DNA from: an uncultured Anaerolineales bacterium
Lineage (GTDB): Bacteria > Chloroflexota > Anaerolineae > Anaerolineales > UBA11858
Assembly: GCA_964438295.1 (NCBI GenBank)
Contig: CAYTKR010000006.1
Location: forward strand, 5,469-69,468
Reading direction: 5' to 3'
DNA length: 64,000 bases
The notes under the pieces are model-generated. The model worked only from the letters and a program-made list of their open reading frames with translations, did not search any database and had not been told where the DNA came from. The position numbers and the translations under genes are program-made. Shown here piece after piece: positions 17,712-26,392 of the stretch. Within the stretch, counting starts at the first letter, position 1, and every line of letters starts with the position of its first letter.

Positions 17712-18716
17712 ATGACTAGATTCGCACAAATATTATCAACAGGAAGCTATGTCCCTGAGCGGGTAGTGACCAATGCTGAGATCGATGAGGTTCTAGGAAT
17801 CTCTACGAACCAGTGGCTGATCGACAATGTTGGCATCCGAGAACGACGTTGGATGGCAGACGATCAAACCACCTCTGACCTGATCGTCGCAGCCAGCCAG
17901 AAAGCTCTGGCGAGGACGGGCGTTCGTCCTGAAGAGATCGACCTGATCATCGTTTCGACGGATACCCCAGATTATCTATCCCCCAGTACATCCATTGTGG
18001 TACAGCACAAATTGGGTGCGACCAAGGCGGGATGCTATGATGTCAATAGCGCTTGCGCCGGCTGGGTCACCGCGCTCGACCAGGGTGCGCGTTACATCGC
18101 CACAGAACCAGATTTCAAGTATGTTTTGGTTGCGGGGGGGTATGGTATGAGCCGCTATTTAAACTTGGCTGATAAAACCACCGCTAATCTTTTCGCCGAT
18201 GGCGCTGGAGCCGCGCTACTAGGTGTTGGAGAACAGCCAGGATTCTTGGCTAGTAAAATGCTGGCCAAGGGCGAATTTCACGACGCGCTGGGAATCTATT
18301 GCGGCGGCACCTATCTCCCTGCAACTACGAAAAACCTGGAGCAATACGGCGGCAAGCCGGTGGTACAGTTTGTTAAAAAATTCCCCAAGACTTTCAACAC
18401 CGAGTACTGGCCCAAACTGATCCAGGGTGCTCTAGATAAGGTCAATTTGACCTTTGACGATGTCGACTACTACTTGCTTACCCAGCTAAATCTCCGCACC
18501 ATCGAAGCTATGATGGAACTGCTGGGCCAGCCCATTGAGAAGACCCATTGGGTGATGGACAAATGGGGCTACACTGGCTCTCCCTGTGTGATCATGGCTC
18601 TAGATGATGCCATCGACCAAGGCAAGGGTCCCAAAACTGGCGACAAGGTGCTTTTCTGTGCCAGTGGTGGTGGTATCAGCATGGCGGCCTCGCTTTGGCA
18701 GTGGTCTGCCCAATGA
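17712..18716 (+). CDS. KAS-III (FabH)-like thiolase-fold protein with a degenerate catalytic triad
   Basis: Colinear with FabH throughout (GSYVPERVVTNAEID, GIRERR, active-site NSACAG with Cys codon 18054-18056, FADGAGAA, ASGGG). The HQAN motif reads TQLN (Thr codon 18480-18482). The GNTSAAS motif reads GYTGSPC (Tyr codon 18570-18572). Start set at ATG 17712 because the ORF-track TTG 17685 lies inside the hairpin. Confidence 0.75.
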   Translation: MTRFAQILSTGSYVPERVVTNAEIDEVLGISTNQWLIDNVGIRERRWMADDQTTSDLIVAASQKALARTGVRPEEIDLIIVSTDTPDYLSPSTSIVVQHKLGATKAGCYDVNSACAGWVTALDQGARYIATEPDFKYVLVAGGYGMSRYLNLADKTTANLFADGAGAALLGVGEQPGFLASKMLAKGEFHDALGIYCGGTYLPATTKNLEQYGGKPVVQFVKKFPKTFNTEYWPKLIQGALDKVNLTFDDVDYYLLTQLNLRTIEAMMELLGQPIEKTHWVMDKWGYTGSPCVIMALDDAIDQGKGPKTGDKVLFCASGGGISMAASLWQWSAQ

Positions 18717-18744
18717 CCGGTACCCAGTAAACGGTAGGCAGTAA

Positions 18745-19548
18745 ATGCCTTCGATACAAACACAGAACCTTATCATCCAATATCAACAATCTGGAACAGG
18801 TAAAATTCCGATTGTATTCATTCATGGAAACTACGCCTCTTCCCGTTGGTGGCTGCCTCAGTTTGAGCGGATCCCCCCGAATGTGCGTGCCTTCGCCCCC
18901 GAACTCAGGGGCTGTGGCAGTAGCCATGGACGCACTCAACTCTTACAGAAGAAAAACGGCCAGCTTTCTATCGAGGATCTTTCGACTGACCTCGCTGAAT
19001 TTATTTCAGCGCTGAACCTTGAAAACCCAATTCTTGTCGGACACTCGCTCGGGGGTGTTGTTGCCACGGAGTACGCGCTCAGATTCACGGATAGTGTGCG
19101 CGGATTGCTCCTGGAAGACACCGGGCCACCCAATGGCATCCTATCAGGGCCCCTCGCGCAGTCTCTTTTGCTTCCTCTGGAATTCGGCAGCCGCACATTG
19201 ATGCGCAATGCCCTTAGGATGGCTGGGATTCCACGCAAAGGTGACCTGGCCCGGGCTCTCGTCCAGGATGCGGTCGCGGCCACCCCAGGGCAATATTTAG
19301 CCTTCACTAGCGCAGTATCACGCTGGAACGTAGAATCCGATCTTCCTGCACTCGATCTGCCAGTCGGATTGGTTTGGGGCGCTAAGGATCGCATTATGCC
19401 CCCTAGGATTGGAAATCAATATCTAAACACATTGCCACGGGCAGAAATGTTTCTCATTCCTGATGCTGGGCACTCCCCACATCTCGAACAACCCAACATT
19501 TTTGCTAGAGTATTGGAACAATTCATCGCCTCACTGCGCCTTTCGTGA
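18745..19548 (+). CDS. Alpha/beta-fold hydrolase
   Basis: HG oxyanion motif (VFIHGNYAS), nucleophile elbow GHSLGG, C-terminal DAGHSPHLEQP. Confidence 0.8.
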   Translation: MPSIQTQNLIIQYQQSGTGKIPIVFIHGNYASSRWWLPQFERIPPNVRAFAPELRGCGSSHGRTQLLQKKNGQLSIEDLSTDLAEFISALNLENPILVGHSLGGVVATEYALRFTDSVRGLLLEDTGPPNGILSGPLAQSLLLPLEFGSRTLMRNALRMAGIPRKGDLARALVQDAVAATPGQYLAFTSAVSRWNVESDLPALDLPVGLVWGAKDRIMPPRIGNQYLNTLPRAEMFLIPDAGHSPHLEQPNIFARVLEQFIASLRLS

Positions 19549-19600
19549 CACCCACCGGCATATTCATCTAGTTTTTCACGCGAAGATTTGGAGGTGTGAA

Positions 19601-20077
19601 ATGTCAGAATGGACCAAGCAAGCTGAAGAGATGTTCAAAGCCTGGAGCGAGGCTCAAAAGGCTCTCATGGACAAATGGGCTGAGAGCGTCAAATCATTTA
19701 GTGACGCGCCCGACATGGAGATGTGGAAAAACACCCTGGAAACCTGGGAGGAAACCGCCAAGAACACTTTCAGCTCTCAGGCCGAATGGACCCAAAGCTG
19801 GGTTGAGAATTTCAAATCCATGGAGGGCTTGCCCGAGCAGGCCGTCGAATCGGTCGGTAAATTTCAGGAGATGGGCGAACGTTGGGGTGCTACCCAACAA
19901 GAAATGTGGGACAAATGGTTCGAGATGCTCAAAGGGCTCGAATTTCCACCGGCAACCGAAAAATGGTCTGAGGCTTTACAAAATCCTTTGAAAACCTGGC
20001 AAGATGCTACCCAGAAGGCGATGGATGCGCAGGCTGATTGGATGAAAATCTGGACGGGTTCCGACAAGGAAGAATAA
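19601..20077 (+). CDS. Trp/Glu/Lys-rich helical protein, possible phasin or PhaE-N-terminal-like PHA granule protein
   Basis: 158 aa starting MSEWTKQAEEMFKAWSEAQKALMDKWAESV..., with 15 or more Trp in W-x(2-3)-W type amphipathic repeats. GGAGG lies 6 nt upstream of ATG 19601; the ORF-track start 19463 overlaps the previous gene. The functional guess rests on composition and position next to the phaC genes. Confidence 0.45.
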   Translation: MSEWTKQAEEMFKAWSEAQKALMDKWAESVKSFSDAPDMEMWKNTLETWEETAKNTFSSQAEWTQSWVENFKSMEGLPEQAVESVGKFQEMGERWGATQQEMWDKWFEMLKGLEFPPATEKWSEALQNPLKTWQDATQKAMDAQADWMKIWTGSDKEE

Positions 20078-20096
20078 TTACATTTTCCACGAAGAG

Positions 20097-20233
20097 CACT
20101 AAGTAGACAGTAAACGAAATATGTGCTTTTGCTGTAATCGGTCTCCCGACCGAGTCACTTCGGCACGGTCAGGAGACCGGCCAAAGCACAAAAAGGAAAA
20201 ATTTTAGATACATCGTTTGCAGTCTACTAAGTG
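20097..20233. repeat. About 137-nt nested imperfect palindrome (MITE-like or structured RNA element)
   Basis: Four stacked stems. 20097-20108/20222-20233 pairs 11/12. 20110-20117/20213-20220 pairs 8/8 including one G-U. 20123-20132/20180-20189 pairs 9/10. Core cggtctcccgaccg / cggtcaggagaccg (20139-20152/20166-20179) pairs 13/14. Confidence 0.65.
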
Positions 20234-20260
20234 AACCCCTCATAAGTACTTGTAATGGAT

Positions 20261-20345
20261 GTCATTGCAAGGAGACGCAGCCGACGAAGCAATCTCCTGT
20301 CCAAAATTCAGATTGCATCGATCCTTGCAAGGTCTCACAATGACA
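20261..20345. repeat. Palindromic intergenic element, GTCATTGC(A/G)AG subfamily
   Basis: gtcattgcaaggagacgcagccgacgaagcaatctcc...cagattgcatcgatccttgcaagg..acaatgaca. It aligns almost base for base with the reverse complement of 33843..33930. Confidence 0.75.
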
Positions 20346-20590
20346 ATATTTTGGTTACAAATGAGCTGAGCTACTAAGATCATGAAAGAAAAAGAATACG
20401 TTATGATCCTTCGTGCTCTTAGTGGATTCATTTTCTTGGAATCACCGTCAATTTTTGGTTACGTGTTTTGCGGTATGTGGCTTGAATTTATACTAATCGA
20501 TTTCACCTCAAAACCTGTGTAAATACCGATATTTTCTCAAATTATATTTTGGGTTCTTCCCGGCATTTACTAAGGAGGTAGCGGCTCATC

Positions 20591-22207
20591 ATGTGGAAGA
20601 CGATGTTTGACACCATGAACAAGACAGTGGCAGCCATTGGCCAGATGCAGCAGGCCAGCACGATTGCCGCTCTCAAAGGCATGGAATTGACTGCGAATAC
20701 TTATGCCAGCCTATACGGCGGTTCGTCTGGAGAAGTCGTTGAAGCTGACAGCCGATTCAGGGATGAGGCTTGGAACGAGAATCTGGCTGCTGATGTAATG
20801 AAGCAAGCTTACTTGATCACAACGCAGTGGATGGAGGGGATGGCGGACAGCCTGGAAGGGGTTGATCCTGAGATCCATCACCGCACCAAGTTTTGGGGGA
20901 AACAGATCGGCGATGCACTCAGCCCCTCAAATTTCTTGATGACCAATCCGGTTGTGATGCAGGAAATCGCCCGGACTGGTGGGGCAAATTTGGTGCAAGG
21001 ATTCCAAAATCTGCTCGAGGATATGCAGCGGGGGCGCGTCAGCCATACTCGCAAAGACGCCTTCCAGCTCGGTATCGACCTAGCGACCACGTCCGGGAAG
21101 GTCGTCTATCGCAACCCGCTGATCGAATTAATCCAATATGCGCCTGCTACCAAGAAGGTGCACAACATTCCCGTGCTGATGATCCCCCCATGGATCAATA
21201 AGTATTACGTTATGGACATGCGACCAGAAAATTCTATGTTCCAATATCTGGTCGATGCTGGATTTACTGTCTTTGCAATCAGTTGGAAAAACCCAGACGA
21301 GAGCGTATTGCATTTGGAATGGGACAATTATGTCGATCTGGGGCCACTAGATGCCTTAAGAGTGATCAAAGCTATTACCGGTTCAGCGAGGGTAAATCTG
21401 GCTGGCTATTGTCTCGGAGGCATCATCCTACAGACCACCCTAGCATATCTCTCAGTAATTGGCGATGATTTTGTCAATTCAGCCACGTATTTCACGACGC
21501 ATCAGGATTTCACGAACGCTGGCGATGTGTCCGTTTTCATCGACGAGCCACAGGTGCAATTCCTTGAATGGCTGATCGACGTCAGCGGCGGCTACCTTGA
21601 CGGAAAGAACATCGCCGCCACATTTAACATGCTGCGCTCGAATGACTTGCTCTGGAACTATGTCGTCCACAATTACATGTTAGGCAAGACGCCTCCCGAT
21701 TTTGATCTTTTGTATTGGAACAGCGACAACACCCGCGTTCCGGGCAGAGTTCATAAATTCCTGGTCAGGGAATTTTTCATGGGCAATAAATTGATCAAAA
21801 AGAATGAGTTGACCATCAAGGGCGTCGGGGTCGATCTGGGGAATATCATGACACCTACGTATACGGTTGCTGCGCTAGGAGATCATATTGTCCCCTGGGA
21901 GGGCGCCTACTTGATGCGTGAACTTGTAGGTGGTCCCTTACGATTCGTTTTGACCACGGGCGGGCACATCGCAGGGATCATCAATCACCCGGACAAAAAG
22001 CGGCGTGAGTACTGGACCAACGATGATGAGACTACAAATCCCGTTACATGGAAGGCTGGCGCTGAACATCATGAAGGCAGTTGGTGGGTCGATTGGATCC
22101 CCTGGCTATCTGAGCGTTCTGGAAAAAAGGTTGCCCCACCTTCGATGGGTAACGACGAGTTCTCGCCCATCATGGATGCTCCCGGTAGCTATGTGATCGA
22201 AGAATAG
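20591..22207 (+). CDS. phaC: Class-I-type poly(R)-hydroxyalkanoate synthase
   Basis: 538 aa. PhaC N-terminal block DSRFRDEAWNENLAADVMKQAYL, lipase box GYCLGG, Asp in ALGDHIVPW, His in GGHIAGIINHP. AAGGAGG RBS. Confidence 0.85.
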   Translation: MWKTMFDTMNKTVAAIGQMQQASTIAALKGMELTANTYASLYGGSSGEVVEADSRFRDEAWNENLAADVMKQAYLITTQWMEGMADSLEGVDPEIHHRTKFWGKQIGDALSPSNFLMTNPVVMQEIARTGGANLVQGFQNLLEDMQRGRVSHTRKDAFQLGIDLATTSGKVVYRNPLIELIQYAPATKKVHNIPVLMIPPWINKYYVMDMRPENSMFQYLVDAGFTVFAISWKNPDESVLHLEWDNYVDLGPLDALRVIKAITGSARVNLAGYCLGGIILQTTLAYLSVIGDDFVNSATYFTTHQDFTNAGDVSVFIDEPQVQFLEWLIDVSGGYLDGKNIAATFNMLRSNDLLWNYVVHNYMLGKTPPDFDLLYWNSDNTRVPGRVHKFLVREFFMGNKLIKKNELTIKGVGVDLGNIMTPTYTVAALGDHIVPWEGAYLMRELVGGPLRFVLTTGGHIAGIINHPDKKRREYWTNDDETTNPVTWKAGAEHHEGSWWVDWIPWLSERSGKKVAPPSMGNDEFSPIMDAPGSYVIEE

Positions 22208-22242
22208 CGAGAAGGCGGATCCACTTCCACTTGGAGGTCGAG

Positions 22243-22623
22243 ATGAGTGAAGAGAAGAAAGACGGCACAATAAATGCCCAAAATGAGGGAGAAGCACAAC
22301 CCATCGCTGATCCCTTTGCACAGATGTTTCAATTCTATGATAACTTTCAAAAATCCTGGTCAGGTGTGATCAGTGAGGCTGTGGGAAGCAAGAGTTTCGC
22401 CGAATCCATGGGACAGCAATTGGAGGGCAGTCTGGACTCCATGACCTTATTTCGGCGTCAGTTCGGCGATATGATGGAGCAGTATTTACAGCTTATGAGC
22501 TTGCCAACGCGTAAGGAGATCATCAATATCGCACAACGATTGACACATCTAGAGATGGCGCTGGATGATCTGAATGCCAAGATGGATGAACTCATCGATC
22601 TACAAAGTACCAAAAACAAATGA
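22243..22623 (+). CDS. Small coiled-coil PHA synthase subunit-like protein (PhaR/PhaE type)
   Basis: 126 aa. The N-terminal DPFAQMFQFYDNFQKSW and C-terminal LMSLPTRKEIINIAQRLTHLEMALDDLNAKMDELI resemble, from memory, the small partners of class III/IV synthases. It lies immediately upstream of a ~370-aa PhaC. GGAGG upstream of ATG 22243. Confidence 0.5.
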   Translation: MSEEKKDGTINAQNEGEAQPIADPFAQMFQFYDNFQKSWSGVISEAVGSKSFAESMGQQLEGSLDSMTLFRRQFGDMMEQYLQLMSLPTRKEIINIAQRLTHLEMALDDLNAKMDELIDLQSTKNK

Positions 22624-22646
22624 TTATCTAATCATAGGAAAGCAAG

Positions 22647-23783
22647 ATGGAAACCAAATCCCCGGTACCTCACCCCTGGGACGACCTTTTTTACCAACTT
22701 GAAGATTCGACTGCACTTTCCAGCGAGGCTGCCGAAGCTGTGCAGAGGACCTACACCCGCTATGTAAATAGCATGCGAGCGATCATTGACTCTTATGATG
22801 CGCCAATCGATCAAACCCCACGTGAGGAAATTTGGCGGCTCAATAAATCCAAGCTTTTTTACTATCCTTCTACAAAACCAAAAGAAGAGCGCTGCCCGAC
22901 TCCTCTCTTGCTTGTATATGCCCTCATCAATAGGCCCTTCATTTTCGATCTGGTCCCTGGGCGCAGTTTTATTGAATTCATGCTCCAACAAGGATTCGAA
23001 ATTTATTTGCTGGATTGGGGGGAGCCTGGTCCAGAAGATCAAGATACCACCTTCGATGACTATGTAACCGAATATCTGACGCGCGCGATTCGGAAGGTTC
23101 TACGTCATTCTGAAGCGGATCAGATCAGTATGCTGGGGTATTGCCTTGGAGCGACAATCTCCGTGGTTTATGCAGCCCTCTATCCAGATGCTCCCTTGCG
23201 AAATTTGATCTTGTTGACTGCGCCAATCGACTTTTCCAGCCAACCCGAAGGTTCCATGGCGATGTGGCTTGACGAAGGGCGCATCGACATCGACAAATTG
23301 ATTGATACAGTTGGCAATGTACCAGGAGAGCTTATCCGCCATTGGGCAAAGATGCTCAAACCGGTCGAGAATTTTGTGGGCTCATACATCAATCTTATGA
23401 AAATGGTTGATGACAAAGCTGCTGTTCAAGCCTGGCAAGTAATCAACCGCTGGGTTGAAGATGTAATTCCTTTCTCCGGCGAGGCCTTCCGCCAATTCGT
23501 CAAGACGTATTTGCGCGGCAACAAGCTCATCAAAGGAGAACATGTCATCAACGGTCAACCTGTAGACCTGGCGAATATTAAAGCGCCACTCTTTAACATT
23601 GTAGCCAAATACGATCACCTGGTCTCCCAATCCCAATCGGAAAGCATCATGTCGCTGATCTCCAGCGAGGACAAAGAACTCAAGGTCATACCGTCTACGC
23701 ATGTCGGGATTATGATCAGCGGCAGCGCGCGTTATAAGCTCTGGCCGGAGATCGTAGATTGGTTGGGAGCACGTTCTCAATAG
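22647..23783 (+). CDS. phaC: Class-III/IV-type poly(R)-hydroxyalkanoate synthase catalytic subunit
   Basis: 378 aa, the size of class III/IV PhaC. Lipase box GYCLGA, Asp in AKYDHLV, His in PSTHVGIM. Confidence 0.8.
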   Translation: METKSPVPHPWDDLFYQLEDSTALSSEAAEAVQRTYTRYVNSMRAIIDSYDAPIDQTPREEIWRLNKSKLFYYPSTKPKEERCPTPLLLVYALINRPFIFDLVPGRSFIEFMLQQGFEIYLLDWGEPGPEDQDTTFDDYVTEYLTRAIRKVLRHSEADQISMLGYCLGATISVVYAALYPDAPLRNLILLTAPIDFSSQPEGSMAMWLDEGRIDIDKLIDTVGNVPGELIRHWAKMLKPVENFVGSYINLMKMVDDKAAVQAWQVINRWVEDVIPFSGEAFRQFVKTYLRGNKLIKGEHVINGQPVDLANIKAPLFNIVAKYDHLVSQSQSESIMSLISSEDKELKVIPSTHVGIMISGSARYKLWPEIVDWLGARSQ

Positions 23784-23794
23784 AAAAGGTGCTA

Positions 23795-24673
23795 ATGTCT
23801 AGCAACGAAAAATTCACTCCCTCAAGAACCGGTTTCATCTCTGTAGAAGACGGTACTCGCAAGATCTACTGGGAATATTTTGGTGAAGGCCAAAAGGAAG
23901 TCGTCGTCTTCCTCAACGGGCTGGCGATGTTGACCAAGTCCTGGTATCGCACCGTGCCTTTCCTGCACCCCGATTACGATATCCTGCTCTACGACTATTT
24001 TGGGCAGGGAGAATCATCCCAGGAAGATGAGCCTTATTTCATCAACCGTTTGGCGGATTACCTGATCAACGTGATGGACGAGATCGAAGTTGAAAAAATC
24101 CATCCCATTGGTGTTTCCTATGGTGGCTTTATCGGGGCAGAGTTAGGTCGCTTGCATCAAGATCGCCTGCACACGCTAACACTCTCTGGCATCCTGCTGA
24201 CTCGTGAGACTCTTTTCCAGATGTATCAAGACATCTCACTTCGTTTCTATCATTCTACGGATGAAGTCTTCGACATCTACACACAATACCTGTACGAGAA
24301 GACCTTTGGTGAGAAAATTTCTCGCAAGATCTATGGCGAGGCAATGGAGCGTGGACGCTTCAAGTTCTATGATCGCTACATAGATAAGAAGTATTGTCTA
24401 ATCCGCTTGACGGAGGCGCAAAACCCCTTCTTCGAGAATATTGATAATGACCCTGAAGCCTATCACAATGTGATGACTCCGACCCTTATCTTGATTGGCG
24501 AGCAGGATCGGGCAATCCCTCCCTGGCAGCAAGCAAAAATGGTAGACATCTTGCCCAACAGCCGTCTGATCATGATACCCGAATGCGGGCATATGACGTA
24601 TATGGAAAGGCCTGATTTCTTCTGGCCAACCTTGAGGAAATTTCTTGCTGCCAAGTCAACAGATTTTGCGTGA
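23795..24673 (+). CDS. Alpha/beta-fold hydrolase
   Basis: VVFLNGLAM, nucleophile elbow GVSYGG, C-terminal ECGHMTYMERP. Start at ATG 23795, after the phaC stop. Confidence 0.75.
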   Translation: MSSNEKFTPSRTGFISVEDGTRKIYWEYFGEGQKEVVVFLNGLAMLTKSWYRTVPFLHPDYDILLYDYFGQGESSQEDEPYFINRLADYLINVMDEIEVEKIHPIGVSYGGFIGAELGRLHQDRLHTLTLSGILLTRETLFQMYQDISLRFYHSTDEVFDIYTQYLYEKTFGEKISRKIYGEAMERGRFKFYDRYIDKKYCLIRLTEAQNPFFENIDNDPEAYHNVMTPTLILIGEQDRAIPPWQQAKMVDILPNSRLIMIPECGHMTYMERPDFFWPTLRKFLAAKSTDFA

Positions 24674-24716
24674 GCAGCACGCTGAAAATTCACGCCGGAA
24701 ATATCGGAGGCAATCT

Positions 24717-26282
24717 ATGTATATTGGAGATTATTTAGGAAGAAGAGAAATCTATTCGCCAGACAAGTTGGCGATCATCGATGCTGGAAAAGATCCTGAA
24801 CTACGACTGACATATAAAGAATGGAATCGGCGCGTTAATCGATTGGCCAACTGGCTCCGGGATTCTGCTGGAATTGGCTTCCAAGATCGGGTGGCGATCC
24901 TGGCCCATGATGGCATCGAGCACCTGGACTTGTTCTACGCCTGTGGCAAATTAGGGGCCATCCACACCTCCCTCAACTGGCGGCTGCACTGGCGCGAGCT
25001 CGTGGGCTTAATGGAAGACACCACACCCACAGTACTGATTTACTCCGATGAGTTCAGAGATGAGGTTGAGCAAATTGCTGCCAACTACAACGTACCCAAC
25101 GTTCGTTATCTGCATATCGAAGGGGAGGGCATCTCGGCACCAGGCTCAGGCCATGACTCGGCCAGCATACGATATGATAGCGTTCTGAAATCTTCACCAA
25201 ATACACCTGTGACCAATGAGCGCGTACACAAAGAAGACACCGCCTGCCTGTTATTCACAGGCGGCACTACCGGCCTCCCTAAGGGCGCTCAAATCAGCCA
25301 TCGGCAGGTATGCTGGAATGTTCTAAACACAGTCATCCACGATCTAGCTCATGACGATATATACCTTTGCGTTTTCCCACTCTTCCACGCGGGAGGCTTG
25401 TTCGCCTATATTTCTTCGCAAATCGTGTTTGGGAACACGACCATCTTGACCCGCGAGTTCAACCCCGAGCAAGTTCTGAATCTCATCGAACGCGAAAAAG
25501 TCACTGTCTTCGCAGGTGTTCCCACAATGTACCAGATCATGACCCAGGCTCCCAACTGGGAGTCATCTGATATGACCAGCCTGCGATTCTGCACCAGCGG
25601 CGGTGCGCCTCTGCCGGTCCCCCTGGTAGAAAAATATACTGTTGAAAAAGACATCCGCTTCAAACAGGGTTTCGGGATGACGGAGTACGGTCCAGGGTTG
25701 TTCGCCCTGCCGCCTGAGGACGCCATCCGCAAGGCGGGCAGCATTGGTCGTCCCAATTTCTTCATCGATGTACGTGTGGTAGATGGGAAGAACAACCCGC
25801 TGGGTCCAAACCAACCGGGAGAGCTGGTGCTCAAGGGGCCATCGGGATTCTCTGGCTATTGGAAGAATCCGGAAGCTTCATCAGCAGTATTAGATGATGA
25901 AGGGTGGTTCCATACCGGCGATATCGTCGAATACGATGAGGAGTGGTATTTCTACGTACGCGATCGGGTCAAGGATATGTTCATCTCCGGGGGCGAAAAC
26001 GTCTACCCCGCTGAAATCGAAAATGTGCTCTACAAACATGGCGCAGTGCACATGTGCGCTGTTATCGGCCTCCCCCATGAAACCTGGGGCGAGGTCGGCA
26101 AAGCTTGTGTCGTCCTAAAACCAGATTCTGAAGCAACAGAAGATGCACTTCTGGAGCACATGCGTGACCATTTGGCACGCTACAAAGTTCCCAAGAGTGT
26201 CGAGATCATGGATGCCTTGCCGCTATCGGGAATGGGCAAGATTTTGAAAAGAGATTTACGAGAACAGTTCGTAACGAAATAA
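24717..26282 (+). CDS. AMP-dependent acyl-CoA synthetase/ligase (1 of 3)
   Basis: FTGGTTGLPKG, GFGMTE, WFHTGD, KDMFISGGENVYPAEIE, GKILKR. GGAGG upstream of ATG 24717. Confidence 0.85.
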   Translation: MYIGDYLGRREIYSPDKLAIIDAGKDPELRLTYKEWNRRVNRLANWLRDSAGIGFQDRVAILAHDGIEHLDLFYACGKLGAIHTSLNWRLHWRELVGLMEDTTPTVLIYSDEFRDEVEQIAANYNVPNVRYLHIEGEGISAPGSGHDSASIRYDSVLKSSPNTPVTNERVHKEDTACLLFTGGTTGLPKGAQISHRQVCWNVLNTVIHDLAHDDIYLCVFPLFHAGGLFAYISSQIVFGNTTILTREFNPEQVLNLIEREKVTVFAGVPTMYQIMTQAPNWESSDMTSLRFCTSGGAPLPVPLVEKYTVEKDIRFKQGFGMTEYGPGLFALPPEDAIRKAGSIGRPNFFIDVRVVDGKNNPLGPNQPGELVLKGPSGFSGYWKNPEASSAVLDDEGWFHTGDIVEYDEEWYFYVRDRVKDMFISGGENVYPAEIENVLYKHGAVHMCAVIGLPHETWGEVGKACVVLKPDSEATEDALLEHMRDHLARYKVPKSVEIMDALPLSGMGKILKRDLREQFVTK

Positions 26283-26311
26283 TTTTTACATTCTTATTGG
26301 GACACGGATAG

Positions 26312-26366
26312 ACACGGATCAAACGGATAAATATTTTTTATCAGTGTTTATCCGAGAAATCTGTGT
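26312..26366. repeat. CACGGAT-type palindromic intergenic element
   Basis: Direct decamers gacacggata/gacacggatc/aaacggataa (26301-26330). Two stacked 8-bp stems: acacggat (26312-26319) with atctgtgt (26359-26366), and cggataaa (26324-26331) with tttatccg (26347-26354). Confidence 0.5.
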
Positions 26367-26392
26367 ACAAATTAAACAAGGAGACCATCACC

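Noticed and set aside
19463-19600. Upstream extension of the phasin-like ORF, with analogous extensions at 23759-23794, 24645-24716, 26363-26392, 39329-39397 and 36641-36709
   Set aside because: Each extension overlaps the preceding gene or a terminator hairpin and lacks an RBS. In every case an internal ATG preceded by a GGAGG-type RBS gives a product with the expected family N-terminus.
22632-23042. 136-aa minus-strand ORF antisense to the class-III/IV phaC, with similar antisense ORFs inside the ligase, permease, regulator and sensor genes
   Set aside because: No motifs and no RBS. They are embedded in well-supported genes on the other strand and are typical chance ORFs at this GC content.
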